From positions 95,943,700 through 96,007,699 of the forward strand of contig NC_068986.1 in the NCBI RefSeq assembly GCF_001194135.2: a stretch of 64,000 nt of DNA, in the 5' to 3' direction. The stretch comes from Octopus bimaculoides. Its lineage: Eukaryota. This document shows positions 46,510 through 59,674 of this stretch, piece by piece (position 1 is the stretch's first letter; every line of letters starts with the position of its first letter). Below the pieces are notes generated by a model. It saw only the letters and a program-made list of their open reading frames with translations, did not search any database and was not told where the DNA came from. The translations under genes were made by a program, and so were the position numbers.

Positions 46510-47050
46510 TGGTGCTTGGCGGTGCTCACGATATCACCCATATCAGTAGCAGCTGCCCAAAAAGTGCCTGCAAAATTCTACCATCCCATTAGACATGACA
46601 TTGCCGCTAAAGCTATCTTCAATGATTTATACCGGGAGAATTATCTTGATGACCATATCAAAGGCACATCGTAAAGAGAATGTACCCACACTTTTAAAAA
46701 TAAAGAATACTGGTGAAACATTCCAATAAAAATGGGAATTTGATGTAAGCACAAAGGGTCAGATATTGTTTTATAGGACAAGAAGTAATAGTCATTCACT
46801 GTTATAGAAATTAGCTGCCTAGTTCATGTGACTATCTTGTCAAAAATTGAGAACATCTATGGAGGACTAATGGAAAACCTACAGCTTTTATATCCAGGTT
46901 ATAGATTTTCATTTACACCTGGGTACATTGGGCTGCATAAAACCTAGAATTGCTGGGGTTCTCCAAGGAAGAAAGAGCAATCTGTTTTTCTATTTTCCAA
47001 AAACAGTCAATTAAGTGTACAGTGAAAATTTGTAAATTCTCCAAAGATTC
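46510..47050 (+). mobile_element. C-terminal relic of a restriction-like-endonuclease LINE (R4/Dong/NeSL-type)
   Basis: DITHISSSCPK/FYHPIRHDIAAKAIF zinc-knuckle region, KEYW.NIPIK, HKGSDIVL, IEISC, NLQLLYPGYRF, LGFSKEE...TVKICKF. Confidence 0.72.
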
Positions 47051-47226
47051 TCTACTTGAGGTTCCTGGGCTGAACGCATACAGCGACACATACATATGGA
47101 ATATGCACACATGCACACGCACTAAAGCAACATATTCCCCTACTACACAAGCACATGTGCACACACCAAGCAATTCAGGTAACCATGCATCCCAAGAGCT
47201 GAATGAGTGAAACAAAAGTACGTTAC

Positions 47227-48557
47227 TTCTTTATCAACGACCAGCTTGAATTCTGTAAAGGTAAAACTTAAATCCCAAAAAGAACAAAGAACATTTACAC
47301 GCTGCTCTGTCCTGTGGTCATGGATCCAGTCAGGTGGATGATTATTAAAACGGGAATAATTTTTCATTACACCGCAGTATAATATCGGTGTATTTTCAAC
47401 ACTGCTTCGAATGGATGGTTTTACGGAGTAAGAAATGTTTTTATAATTTATTGTTTTTCCATTTAACTTTGTTATGTGCTATATTCACATCTCTCACTGT
47501 GATTTCCACAATTGTTATAGCAATATTTACGGTTTCTTTCAAATACCACTTCTTCTCAAGCACTGAAACAACGAAGTTGCCGCTATAACTTGTGAAGTAT
47601 AAAAATAACGAATATTATTTTCTTTCGCTTTCTGCTTCCTGAATTGTTGTAATTTGACAAGATACCTTGGTTAGGTTTTAAAGAGGTTTTCTTTTAAAAA
47701 ATAAAACACAAAAAAGCCTTCAATTAACACTGCATTATTGGTTAACTGTGATGTAACTTGAAGGAAGTTCGATATACTTCCTCAGAACTAACGAAAAATC
47801 GTCGAAAGTTCTATACGTCGTTCGACCTACTAGAAATAGCAGCTAAAGCACCCTCGAATTAAACCCTGTCGTCACGTCATGAAAGAAAGAAAAGATACAT
47901 TAAATTGAAGGATCGCCAAATTATGTTATCGGAAGATACACCATCTGAATAAAAGACTGCATGATCAAGACTGGGACACTTGAAAAGGCGTCAGTTCTGT
48001 CGGGCTAAAACTGCCCCGATATAATGAAAATTAAATTAACTAATTTTTTAGACGGAGAAAAGATAAGAAAGAGGATACAGAATGTTGTCATGTTCATGCT
48101 TTTCTTAAGGGAATAACAGTGGTAGTAAAACGAGAATTTAAAGTTTGAACACAATCGATTCGTCAATATAGCAGGTTGTTGCTAAACGTTATTAATGGGT
48201 TTTTGGAAAGTGTAACATCAAGTGAAACGACATAAAGTGTAATGAATTTTAACATGGGTATAGTAATATCAACTAAAGTTAAGTTCTTAACGGTATATTC
48301 CTAGTCACAAAACATTACCGAACTTCTAAATAACAATTCAGCAGAGTTCTTATATGAATCATTGGAATTTGTGCGTACTTCAGATTAATTTCATTTAATA
48401 CCATGTCTGAAAAGGCAGCTTGGTAGGCGATCACTGGAAAGCAATCTTTTGAGCTCATAGAGTTACTTAGGAGTATTTCAGGTGATAAAGATGAAATTGA
48501 GTAGGTATAGGCATCGTTTTTTCGAGAAGGCGGTCGCAATGAAACATAGTTCATCAT
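47227..48557 (-). CDS. Putative uncharacterised divergent two-exon ORF (48557-48319 and 47401-47227)
   Basis: ORF MMNYVSLRPP...LEVR ends at CG|GTAATG (phase 2); a gcag acceptor continues in frame as VENTPILYCGVMKNYSRF...VVDKE|GTAACG. No recognisable homology and no terminal exon found. Confidence 0.25.
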
Positions 48558-48628
48558 CTTGCGGGCCGCACTACTAAAACTTTCAAGGTAATTTTTCGTT
48601 AGAAAATCCCGTGAACCTCAAATTACCC

Positions 48629-48639
48629 ATGAGTGAAAC
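48629..48639 (+). CDS. TTI1: Putative TTI1 start micro-exon (ATG AGT GAA AC | gtaacc; MSET...)
   Basis: Exon 50506 has no ATG before the conserved sequence. This phase-2 donor gives [14 protein letters not shown] and lies in the CpG-rich region. Other ATG/donor pairs nearby are possible. Confidence 0.4.
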
Positions 48640-50292
48640 GTAACCTGCTTTAGATGTGTATTGTAGTTTCCTTTACTTCTCTTAGTTTATTTTATAGTGT
48701 AAGTGTTATCATACCTTAAAGTAATTACTACACTGTTATGAAGTAAACATAGACCATCATGGAATTAAAGAAATGAAATAATTAGTATCTTTATTCATCA
48801 TTATATATGTTTGCATTCGTTTATATGTATTTTAAATGATAAGTAAATCGAAAAATTTTCATCAACTCCAGCCAAAAGCTTGCCAAATAATGATCCTGGG
48901 CTTGCAACTCATACTGAACACTTTCGTACCACATTGTACATTTATATGATTATCATACACTTTATTTGGGTTTATTTTATTCCTCATTAACAACAAAACT
49001 TTTAAGTGAGGACCTACTAAAAATACTGCAAACTGCATACACTCGTGCAATTTTCTAGGAGTGGTAGGGCGTATTGTCAATTCTTTTAATAGCAGTATAT
49101 TACTGGTACTTATTTTATCAATCCCAGAAGGTGAAATAGCTGTGGCTTGAACACAGTATATTGAGAGATGAAACTTAAATACTGTAGAGCAGCCTATAGT
49201 CTTTCACTTGACTTTCTCATCTTTACAAATGACAGTCACTCAAGCTGCTAGAAAAAGCAACCAAATCTCTCAGATTTTTACCCTACCATCTTTAAATAGA
49301 AAAAGCGGTGTTTCATTTGAGAACACTGTCCTCAATACTCAATGCCTGTAAAATAAGATGGGATGGATCACAATTGAAATGTCTTTAAGTATAAGTCTGC
49401 TGGATCAGGATTGATCTGGGGTTACACTACAACAAAAACAACGAGCCAGTGAAGGATATCATTTGACCTTTCAGAAGTAGCAGTCAAATTGCCTTCAAAT
49501 AACATCCCACTATAGTTTAAAAAAAGAAGAGAAAAAGACAATAATGAGTTAGGTATTAACAAGATAAGATAGTCACAACTGGTATATATTTGATCATAGG
49601 GCTGCTCAATCAGTGCTAATGGTAGGGGTGGGTCTAAACAACAGTGCACTTACTGTGCAGATAACAATTATACATAAGGTCTGATTTCAAATCTACCTTA
49701 AATTTAATTGTACCCATTGGAATACAGTGTGATTTGTACCTATGTTAGAAATGCTTCTAGACAGCATGCTCGTCTTGTTTATGATATAATTGTATGTTAC
49801 TATATTTTATATTTCTGTTTGAACAGTCCCTAATAATAATAATAATTTCCAGCAATGGTATAAGGCAAATATCTAAATTGACTGGTACTTTGATGAATGA
49901 AAGACTAAGTCAACCTTTTGTGTCATATTAAGAACCATAAAGGGAGATAACTAAATACTGCATGTGATAGTTCACTATTCTATTCCAGCTCGCCACTGGT
50001 TCACCACTTTACTGATTCATCTACTCTGTCGCTTCTATAATAATAATAATCCTTTCTGCTATAGGCACAACAAATTTTGGGTAGTGGGGTCAGTTGATTA
50101 CATCAATCCCAGTGCTCAACTGGTACTCATTTGATCAATGCTGAAAGGACAAAAGGCAAAGTCAACCTTGGCAGAATTTGAACTCAGAACATAAACATGA
50201 ACGAAATAACGCTAAGAATTGTGTCCAGTGTGCTAACAGTTCTGTCATCTGACCACCTTATATAACAACTAAGACATGTCTTTTGCTCACCC

Positions 50293-50470
50293 TACTAGAA
50301 ATTTCTCATAAAGTTACTCTATCAATTTAAAAATGAACACATTGGATAATGTAGTCTGGGGTACACTGTCTGGAAAAAATGACAGGATGGTCATGGTTGG
50401 AACTCTTTTGGTTATAAGGTCTCTTGATCAGGACTGACCTGGGGTTGAGGAACAGCAATAACATAATAAT
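50293..50470 (+). repeat. Abundant degenerate interspersed repeat (CTAGAAATAGCAGCCAAATCTC...GACCTGGGG...AACAAC)
   Basis: Similar copies at about 8040-8410(-), 9130-9310(-), 12230-12400(-), 17540-17710(-), 27560-28080, 33510-33730(-), 47830-48010, 49230-49430, 54300-54510(-), 60450-60670(-). Confidence 0.65.
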
Positions 50471-50505
50471 AATAATATGTTTTCTTTTATTTATTTTAAA
50501 TACAG

Positions 50506-50700
50506 AGGTGAGAAACTCCAAAGGAGTTTGGCCTTCCAGAACCTTCAACCCCTCTGTGTAGGTTTGGTGAAGGAACCAACTGTCCAGAAGCTGGAATTAT
50601 TAAAGAACCAACTGAAGGCTGTTGACAGAGAGATTCTAGGAGAGCTTTATGAATATGTATTGTTTCCTCTTCGTTTGATCTTGAAGCAGAACACTTGCAA
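50506..50700 (+). CDS. TTI1: TTI1 exon ([18 protein letters not shown]...LILKQNTC)
   Basis: aatacag acceptor (alternative AG at 50506-50507), GTAATT donor. Confidence 0.92.
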
Positions 50701-53700
50701 GTAATTTAATCTTTTTTTGCTACATCATCATCATTATTACCATCAATCACCATCATAATCAATCATTATTACCACCATCATCAATCATCATTACTGTTAC
50801 TATCATCAGTGTTATAGCCATTGTAATTACCACCATTGTCAACATCATTATAATCACCATTGTTGTCACCATCACTATCATCATTGTCACTTTCATCACC
50901 TCCATCACCATCTTTGTCATCAATGTATGATAAATTGGTTGAACTTTTCCCAACTAAATGCTATTACTATCATGAACCTCTATTAGCGTTATGTGGGTAT
51001 ATTTATTATGGCACCAGTATTAGATCACTTGATAGTACAGAGGGCCCCTTTAATACAGATCTCATGTTAGAGTAATTTATTTGAAGCATACTTCTTCCTA
51101 GGTAGGTTGTCTTCACTATGGCAGAGAAACCATGTCTTTCCTGAGTATGTATCTAGGGTAGGATGGAGGGAGTAACCTGAAGTAGTATTTGTTATATAGT
51201 ATGTTAGTTATTTATTAAAAGGGGTTTTTATCAAGACAAGTAAAGTAACTTAGGAGAGAAGGAGAGGTGACTGGTTGTTTATCATAATGCACTGGAGCCT
51301 TCTCCCTTCAACAGTTTAAACATAATTTACATCAAGCTCACTGATTTTGGGAGGCTTGCCAAGGCCATGGGCACTACTCCTTCCTCCAGCCTCAGCAAGT
51401 AAACACACATATATTGCTGTTTATATCCACTTGCATGAGTGAGATGGTGTCTTTTTTAGAGTAATGCACTTCCACCTTACAGATTACTCAATGCTGAAGT
51501 AGTAGTGAAACTAGATTTTATAATTCATGATAAATGTAACAGTGAGAGTTATTACCCTGGATGTACTGATAAATTTTGAATCTTTGTTAAATTGTTAAAT
51601 TATTCTACATTTTTAATTAATTCTATTTTTAGAAAAGACACGTTTCTGACACTCCTTGCCCAGTGTACTGCTGATGTATTGTCTGCTGCCACTATTGAAA
51701 AGTGGGACACATTCAAAGACCTGTTCGTCACATTCACTGTGCTACTAGGGTCCCCAGAAGAGTCTAATAATAAAAGTGAGTAAAGTCCTTTTTACTATTT
51801 ACACATAAACTGAATTACTGTCAGTGTATGTATCAAGATATTCATTCTTTCACTGGTTTTAATCATTGGACTGCAGTCTTGCTGGGAGACTACCCTCAAA
51901 AGGATTTTACTTGATTATATTGATCTCCTTACTTTGTCTTATGTTTATTTTATTGACCTCAGAGAAGATTGGAAGGCTAAGTGGACGTAATTATGAAAGG
52001 TATTTATTTATTTATGTGTTTCAGCCAAGTGGCTGCGGTCATGCTGGTGCACCACCGTGTATTACTGAAACATTGAGAGTAATATCTCATATTGTGGTAT
52101 TATAAATAATTACCTCTGCAAAATTATTATTATCTGTTTCCCCTCTCTGCTTCACTTCCTTTCACTTGTGCATTTTTTTCTTTTTCTCCTCATTTTTTTT
52201 ATCGACTTTATCCATTTTTTTTTTCATTTACTCTTTCTTTAAATCTCTTTCCCTCTCATCTGTTAGTTTCCTTCTCTCTCTCTCTCTCCATTCCCATTAT
52301 CCTTTACTTTTATCCCTTCTCTTCTTTCACTCTCTCTTTCTCACTACACCATTTCTTTCTACATTTCAGTCAGTACTTTAAGTGAAGAACTAAAGTTGGC
52401 CATTGTCGATGTCCTGTCCATCTTGTTGAAGAATTCAAATTATGAGTAAATATCACTCTTTCTACTATGAGTGTGTGGTGTTCAGTTGTTGAGATATTGG
52501 TCATCTTAGACAAAACACTCTACTTACCTCATTCTCCCTTGTTATATAATATGTACCACCAAATCCTACTACAGTCGTTGTGTTGTCTCTTTAGACAAGA
52601 CATTTACTTCAGTCTACTTACCTAGTTGTACAACAGGTACCATCACTCATTAAGCTAATCATTCATCTACTTCTGCCCAACCAGGTATTTTGAGATGGAT
52701 AAAATGCCTTATGTAAAAACATGTAGCAGCTTTAGTATCATTATTTGAACTTGTGAACTTTGGTTTACTCATCCTGCATCTTAAACCTTTCAATCCATTG
52801 TGAATTTTCACTGGACAATTTCCAAAGATTGAGTGGAGAGAAAGTTGTTAGACTTTCCCTACACCTCAATAATAGCCCTTGGTTAACCCTGATTGAATGA
52901 ATCTATAGTTAGCTGGTCAAATGATTTGTAACTTTAGATATGCCATACCTCTGTCTAGTTGAAGACTGTTGTTGTTGGCACTTCGTCGCTTATGACGTCG
53001 AGGGTTCCAGTTGATCCAATCAATGGAACAGCCTGCTTGTGAAATTAACATGCAAGTGGCTGAGCACTCCACGGACACGTGTACCCTTAACGTAGTTCTC
53101 GGGGATATTCAGCGTGACACAGTGTGACAAGGCTGACCCCTTGAATTACAGGCACAACAGAAACAGGAAGAAAGAGTGAGAGAAAGTTGTGGTGGAAGAG
53201 TACAGCAGGGTTCGCCACCATCCCCTGCCAGAGCCTCGTGGAGCTTTAGGTGTTTTTGCTCAATAAACACTCATAACGCCCGGTCTGGGAATCGAAACTG
53301 CAATCCCATGACCGCGAGTCCGCTGCCCTAACCACTGGGCCATTTCGCCTCCTAACAATTTGCATAATGAAATAAAAATACTCAAAGTTAATGATCATTT
53401 GGACATGTTTGTTACTGCTGCAAGCTCCAACTATCATAGGTACATCTACAATGCCACCCTTAATTATCATTCCCACTCGATCTAGACAAATGTATCAAAC
53501 GCAGACAAAAATACCAGCAACCTCAATGATGCTGTCCAAAACATTGTACAGAGATGTACACCACCAATGGTAATATCAGAGGAATAGCATGCTATGACAA
53601 AGGTTCATCTTGCCTAAACTCCACTAGCCATCATCAGAACTCGCTTTGAATAGGTGCACCATGTCAAAACTGCTATACTATTGCACTATATGTGATAATG

Positions 53701-56700
53701 TACTGTGAAAGTATATCTAGAACAGTGTATGTGTGAATCACTTTGAACTGTTTGACCCACCATCTGTGTGAAGTGGGTCTGCTGGGTTGGGAACCACTAG
53801 GGGTTACAAAACAGCACAAGCACTATCAACAATGTGTAACACAATCTTTTTTAGATTTATTGAGGAACCTCTTTTTGCTCAACCTAAGAAAGGGATCTAT
53901 CTAAGTAGCCTACATACTTTATTTCCCCAAGCATACTCCATCTGTTATTTGTTAATATCTGCAGCTTCTAATTACAACTCTATTCAAACTTCTTTCTGTG
54001 TTGTGAAGAACATTACATATTTCATCTGTTATCTGTTAATATCTGTAGCTTCTGTCATTGCAGCAGTGTCCTCACTGATCTCTACACCGTGAAGAACATC
54101 ACACTTCTGGGACACACAGTCTCATCATTGCTGTCTCTCATTGAACATGAGAAGATGCGTAAACTACGGGTGTCAGCTATGGATTGCCTTGCTGCCTTGA
54201 GTTTATATGATAATGGTAAGAAATCAACTTCAGTTTGGTTCTACATTATAAGTGTTAGCATTAATAAACATTATAATTAGAAATGATGGCTTTTATTGTT
54301 GTTTAGTGCCAGGTCACCCCTGATCCAGTACAACTATGAACAATGGTATTACAACAATGATCATCTTGTTATTGTTCTTTTTGTTTCCAAACAGTCCAAA
54401 TCTGTCTAAAACTACATCATTGTATTGTTCCTTTTTTAAAGACTGCATGTAATTTGAAGGAGATTTAGTTTCTGTTTCTAGTAGGTTCTGCTACCATATA
54501 AAGGCTCTCTTCTTATTCAAGTGTTTTCTGCTTTGTTTTTGTAGGTAACACAAAAATCCGTGTGAAGTGTGGAAACATGTTTTCCTCCTTCTTACCTAGG
54601 ATCTCAATTGTTTTAAGTTCAGTTGTCACTGGGGACCACATCCAGGGCCACCAAGTAATTAAAGTAAGATGTTGTTTAATTTCTAATCCACTGTCGTTTA
54701 TATCATGTGTATTGTTGACTTTTGCAATAAAGACAGTGGAAGGTAGTTTGGTATTAACATGATTAATGTCAACCCATTGAAGCTGACCTTTATTATAATG
54801 TTCTTATTTAAAGAAAAATATTAATTGAAATGTCATCAGTAATGAACTTTCATTTAAATGATAATATAAGATTTCAGAAAGTAAATATTTGTCCACACAC
54901 CATATAATAAATAATGTTATAGTAGTGTTCAACATGACTATAGTCCAATGATTTAAACTAATGACACAATAATAGAGTATATGTTTCTCTAGACAGCTAT
55001 TGACACCTTAAGGAAGATTGTGCTGCTAACAATGACTGACAAGTTAATTGAGGAGAGTCAGAAACACATACATCATCTAAACACTGGTGAGTATGTGCTC
55101 AATCTTATACTTTTTACTTTTATGGGTTTATCTAAGCTTTCTGTAACAACCATCTTTCTGTATTTCTGTCTCATCCTTTTACTCTCCTTTTTTTCTATCT
55201 TGCATTGTCTGTCTTTCTCTCTTGTATGTGTGTGCGTGCGTGTGTATGTATCTACTAGAGTGTCACTAGGTGATGGAAAGAAAACATTTAACAATGTATT
55301 TTTTACCTAGACTCACCCTTTGTAGTTAATCCATTGTGAAGGAGAAACTTAAGAGTTCTGCTTCATAAATGAAAACAAGAACCATTAGCTCATATTTTTT
55401 TAATCCTCTTTTGGTTCCAGCTAGAGGCTGTGACCATACTGGGATACTACCATTAAAAAGATGATGTTTATAGCACCTAGATTTCTCAAGTGGTCACCCA
55501 ACAGCTACTTTTCTGATTACCTATATCACCTTCAAATAAAAGAGATGGCAATGAGCACAGATGTCAGACAGATTTTTGCAACACTAGTGATGAGATTTCT
55601 AGAAGAAAAATCCATGTCTGATCCAACATTATTTATAATTGGCATTTTCGATCCCACTCGAAAGATAACTAGAAGGGGTTCTTGGATGACTGTTTCATTG
55701 TTTGGAATAGAAATAAAGAAGATCTTACAAGTTTCCATTAATTAATAGCTTTCAAGAATTGATCCAATTCACAACAAAAATGAATGAGAAGGAACTTCCT
55801 TTCTCGGATATTTAAATAATTAAGGAAATGAGACTTTTACAACATGTATTGTTTACTTTTTCTCCTGTTTGTATACTCAAACATTTATAAAGAATTTTTG
55901 TAGAGTTGGAGTCATATATTTTTACTGAAATTTCAGATGTTGAGAACGAAAAACTCCGTAATCTAATTGTCAACAGAGATCAAAAATGGAGTGAAAAGAC
56001 AGCTGAGAAACTCCTCATAATAGTCAAGCAAGTTGGGAGTATTCGACAGCACTATCATTCAGGAGTACGACTCAGTTTAGTGGAGTGGGCTCATGCTATA
56101 CTCAACAACTGTACAAGGTAACTTAATATTCTGAACGTCTTTTTTTCCATTTTTTTAGATGCTATTTTTTCTTGTACTCTTATGTGTTTAATTTACATTT
56201 TCACATGCATATACATATATATTCACATACACTTGTGTACACATACATGCAATATATACATTGATTATATGCAGTTATGCTTAACTCTTAAGCAGTCAGA
56301 TTACTGTCAAGTGTAATGTTTGTTTATTTACATTGTTTTGAATTAACCATTCATTATCTTACACCTTTAAGATTTCAACAATGTGATTGTTTATTTTTAA
56401 AACAACATTGCAGGGTAGGTGTGAGAGGCCAGATCTGGCTAGTTTGAACATAAAACAGGTAGAATATTTGGGCCTGATTTGCATAGCTTAAATGCTAACA
56501 CGTTAATTGACACACACTTGCACTCATTTAGACAGCCACACATATAATTGTATCACTTTACACTCCTACACATGTACACAATATATATGTATATATATTA
56601 TATATCTCATCATCATTTAACGTCCGCTTTCCATGCTAGCATGGGTTAGACTATTTGATTGAGGACTGGCGAACCAGATGGCTGCACCAGGCTCCAATCT

Positions 56701-56854
56701 GATCTGGCAGAGTTTCTACAGCTGGATGCCCTTCCTAACGCCAACCACTCCGAGAGTGTAGTGGGTGCTATTACGTGCCACTGGCACGAGGGCCAGTCAG
56801 ACAGTACTGGCAACGGCCACACTCAAATGGTGTGTTTTACGTGCTACTTGCACA

Positions 56855-56903
<49 letters not shown>

Positions 56904-58862
56904 TCCGTTTACACATCTGCACATGCATTCATTCATGCATCACATGCTGTTTACAGACATACACAAATATCCATTTATACACATATGCATATATTCATTT
57001 ACAATCACACATACATACACACCTATACATTTACACACTTACATGCCTATACAGTTATCCATTTATGCACGTGTATGTGTGTGTGCTCGCCTATGTATGC
57101 ACTCACACATGCACGCATGAAGTAGTGAAGGCTGATCTTGTGACTTTGAGTCTCATAGAGGAGATGGCAATGGGATACCTGGGGAAATGCTCAAGAAAAC
57201 CTGCTCATCTTTGCAAAACTGAGATTCTGGAAGCTCTAAGGCCCCTTGCCCAATTTCCTCCCCAGGCCTTCCCACCACCTGTCATCTCTCTATCACTGGC
57301 CCCTCTATTACCTGCCTAAGTGCAGTATTCTGCTGCTGTATTTAAATGAGAGAACAGCATATTTCATTATCTTTATCTTTGATGCCAGAGTTCTTTCTCA
57401 CTACCAGGAAATATTTCCCTTGACATTCATCTTTCATTCTTAATATTGTCTTTCTCTACTCCCAATTTATATTAATCACCTTTCTGTGCTATAGAATTCT
57501 CTATTCTCCTCTCACCCTCTCTCTCTTTACACTCTTGTAACTTATCCACCTACACATCATCTCCCTTTCTCTCATCCTTTCCCTGTCTATTGTATTATTA
57601 TTCTAATACTCTTCACTCTTTTCTGTATTGTCAGTCATCACTAACTCTTCCTTAGCTCACTCCCAACTCTTATGTATTATCACCCTTCAATCTTTGTTCC
57701 TCATTCGCTATATTCACCATCCTTCACCCATTCCCAATTCTAACCATCTCACACTCTTGCAACCTATACCCACCCACACACCCTATTTCCTCTTTTTCCA
57801 CTCCTATTCACTTTCTTATACCTAGGTCAACTATAACACCTTATTACCACTATTTCATTTCTTTTTTCATCTCCACCCTTGTTGCTCACACCTCATTCTT
57901 CTATAAAGTGAATAAATGTGTAGCTTCTCTACAGCAACAAATCTGTTCTGGCCTTTTCTTTCATATTCTAACCCCTCATCTCCAAGCATAAAGCCACCTC
58001 CTCTCTACTGTAGCCTCACTCAGCTGAAGGGTATCTTCGTTTTGTGAGCTATACAGCAACTTCACTGGTGCTAGTGCCAAAGAAAGCAAAATACCCAGTA
58101 CACTCTGTAAAGTGATTGGCATTAGGAAGTGTTAGGGAATGTTAAATTGTAAAGCAATAACCAACATTTAGCGATGTAAATATTCAATACATTTACTATA
58201 TATACTTGCGGATAGGTCGCACCCTTAGTTTGGGGTTGTCAAAATAGGTATTTGCAGTTGACTCGATGTTGTCAAAAAGATCAATATGCAAACTTCCGGT
58301 TTTTGCTTTTTAGTAAACAGACGCTGCAAAAATGTTTCCTTCCATAACAACTTGAAAATTGAAAAGCCCAGACCACATGCCTGGACTAGATACACTGCTG
58401 TACACTTCAGATCTCTTTGATGTTGAGTGGTTAGGTCGCACTCCTGGCTTTTATCGAAATTTTTTGTAAAAAAAGTGTGACCTATATGCTAGGATATATG
58501 GTAGTGGAGTCAAATTTATTACACATATTGGGTTGACTGGAACTTCGAGATTTCTCTTTAACAGTTTATTCAGTCATTCTGCATATAACTTTGTGTGTAC
58601 ACATACAAACATATGTATATATGTATATAGATATTTCTATTTTTCAGGAGTATGTCCAACAGTGTCCCTGTTCTATTGGAAGTTCTAGTGATACTCTCCT
58701 GTGACAAATACTCTAATGTCGCATCAAGGGGAGAGAAGGCATTGAAAATATTTCAACAGAGACAAGAGAAGGAACAATCACGCACCTTAGTGGAGATTCT
58801 AGAAGAAAACTTACTGGGTCTGGTTACAACCCTTCCAAGACAAATAAGAACATCAGGTGAGA

Positions 58863-58893
<31 letters not shown>

Positions 58894-59038
58894 TAGAGCG
58901 AGAAGACCACTTCTTTATATATACATATACAATAATCCCTTGAGATCTCAGATATTTTTTCTGAATCTCTCTGATACTTTTAATGTGCTTGCTTCCTGGT
59001 AATAAATCGATATTAATAAATATCTAATTTTTTACCCT

Positions 59039-59087
<49 letters not shown>

Positions 59088-59367
59088 TATATATACACGT
59101 ATATGTATATGTGAGGGTGCATGGCCTAGTAGTTAGGGTGTTGCAGTTATGATCGGGAGATTGAGGGGTTTGGTTCTCAGATCAGGCAGTGCATTACTCT
59201 GCAATCACTTTAACATCTGATGTGTTCCACACCATGCACCTGTACAGGCAATGTCGATTTGATGGAGGGAATGACTGGGCTTATAAGCAACACAAAAATT
59301 TGATCACTATAAATAAATCATCAGTGCAGGTTGTTCAGCAGTAAATTACTCTTGGATTAAGAGTCTA

Positions 59368-59441
<74 letters not shown>

Positions 59442-59632
59442 TTCCAAGCTGATACTCACTCCATTATTCTTTTTGCCTTTCATGTTTTTTTGAATATCTT
59501 TGCTTTTAGTTTGATTAAGGAATTTTATCGAAGATATTCAGAATTTGTGTGGTATCTACAGATTTTAGTGCCTTAAATGATTGCTTGGTGTACTTAATAC
59601 CTTGTACCAATACTGTCTGCTTCTGAACTATT

Positions 59633-59674
<42 letters not shown>

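Larger units (their letters stand above)
47200..48650. promoter_or_regulatory. CpG-enriched putative promoter of TTI1, possibly bidirectional
   Basis: CG dinucleotides are visibly frequent here against a CpG-depleted background; the region lies directly upstream of the first TTI1 coding exon. Confidence 0.55.

Noticed and set aside
46913-47069. Third exon of the minus-strand divergent ORF
   Set aside because: It is the antisense of the RLE-LINE C-terminus on the + strand, and it is out of frame with the better donor.
47871-47880. CRE/UPRE-like GTCACGTCAT site
   Set aside because: A single short motif inside an interspersed repeat copy; not supportable from sequence alone.
48403-48422. ATG TCT GAA AAG GCA GCT TG|gtaggc as TTI1 first exon
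   Set aside because: Splicing to 50506 creates TG+A = stop, and the phase does not fit the alternative acceptor.
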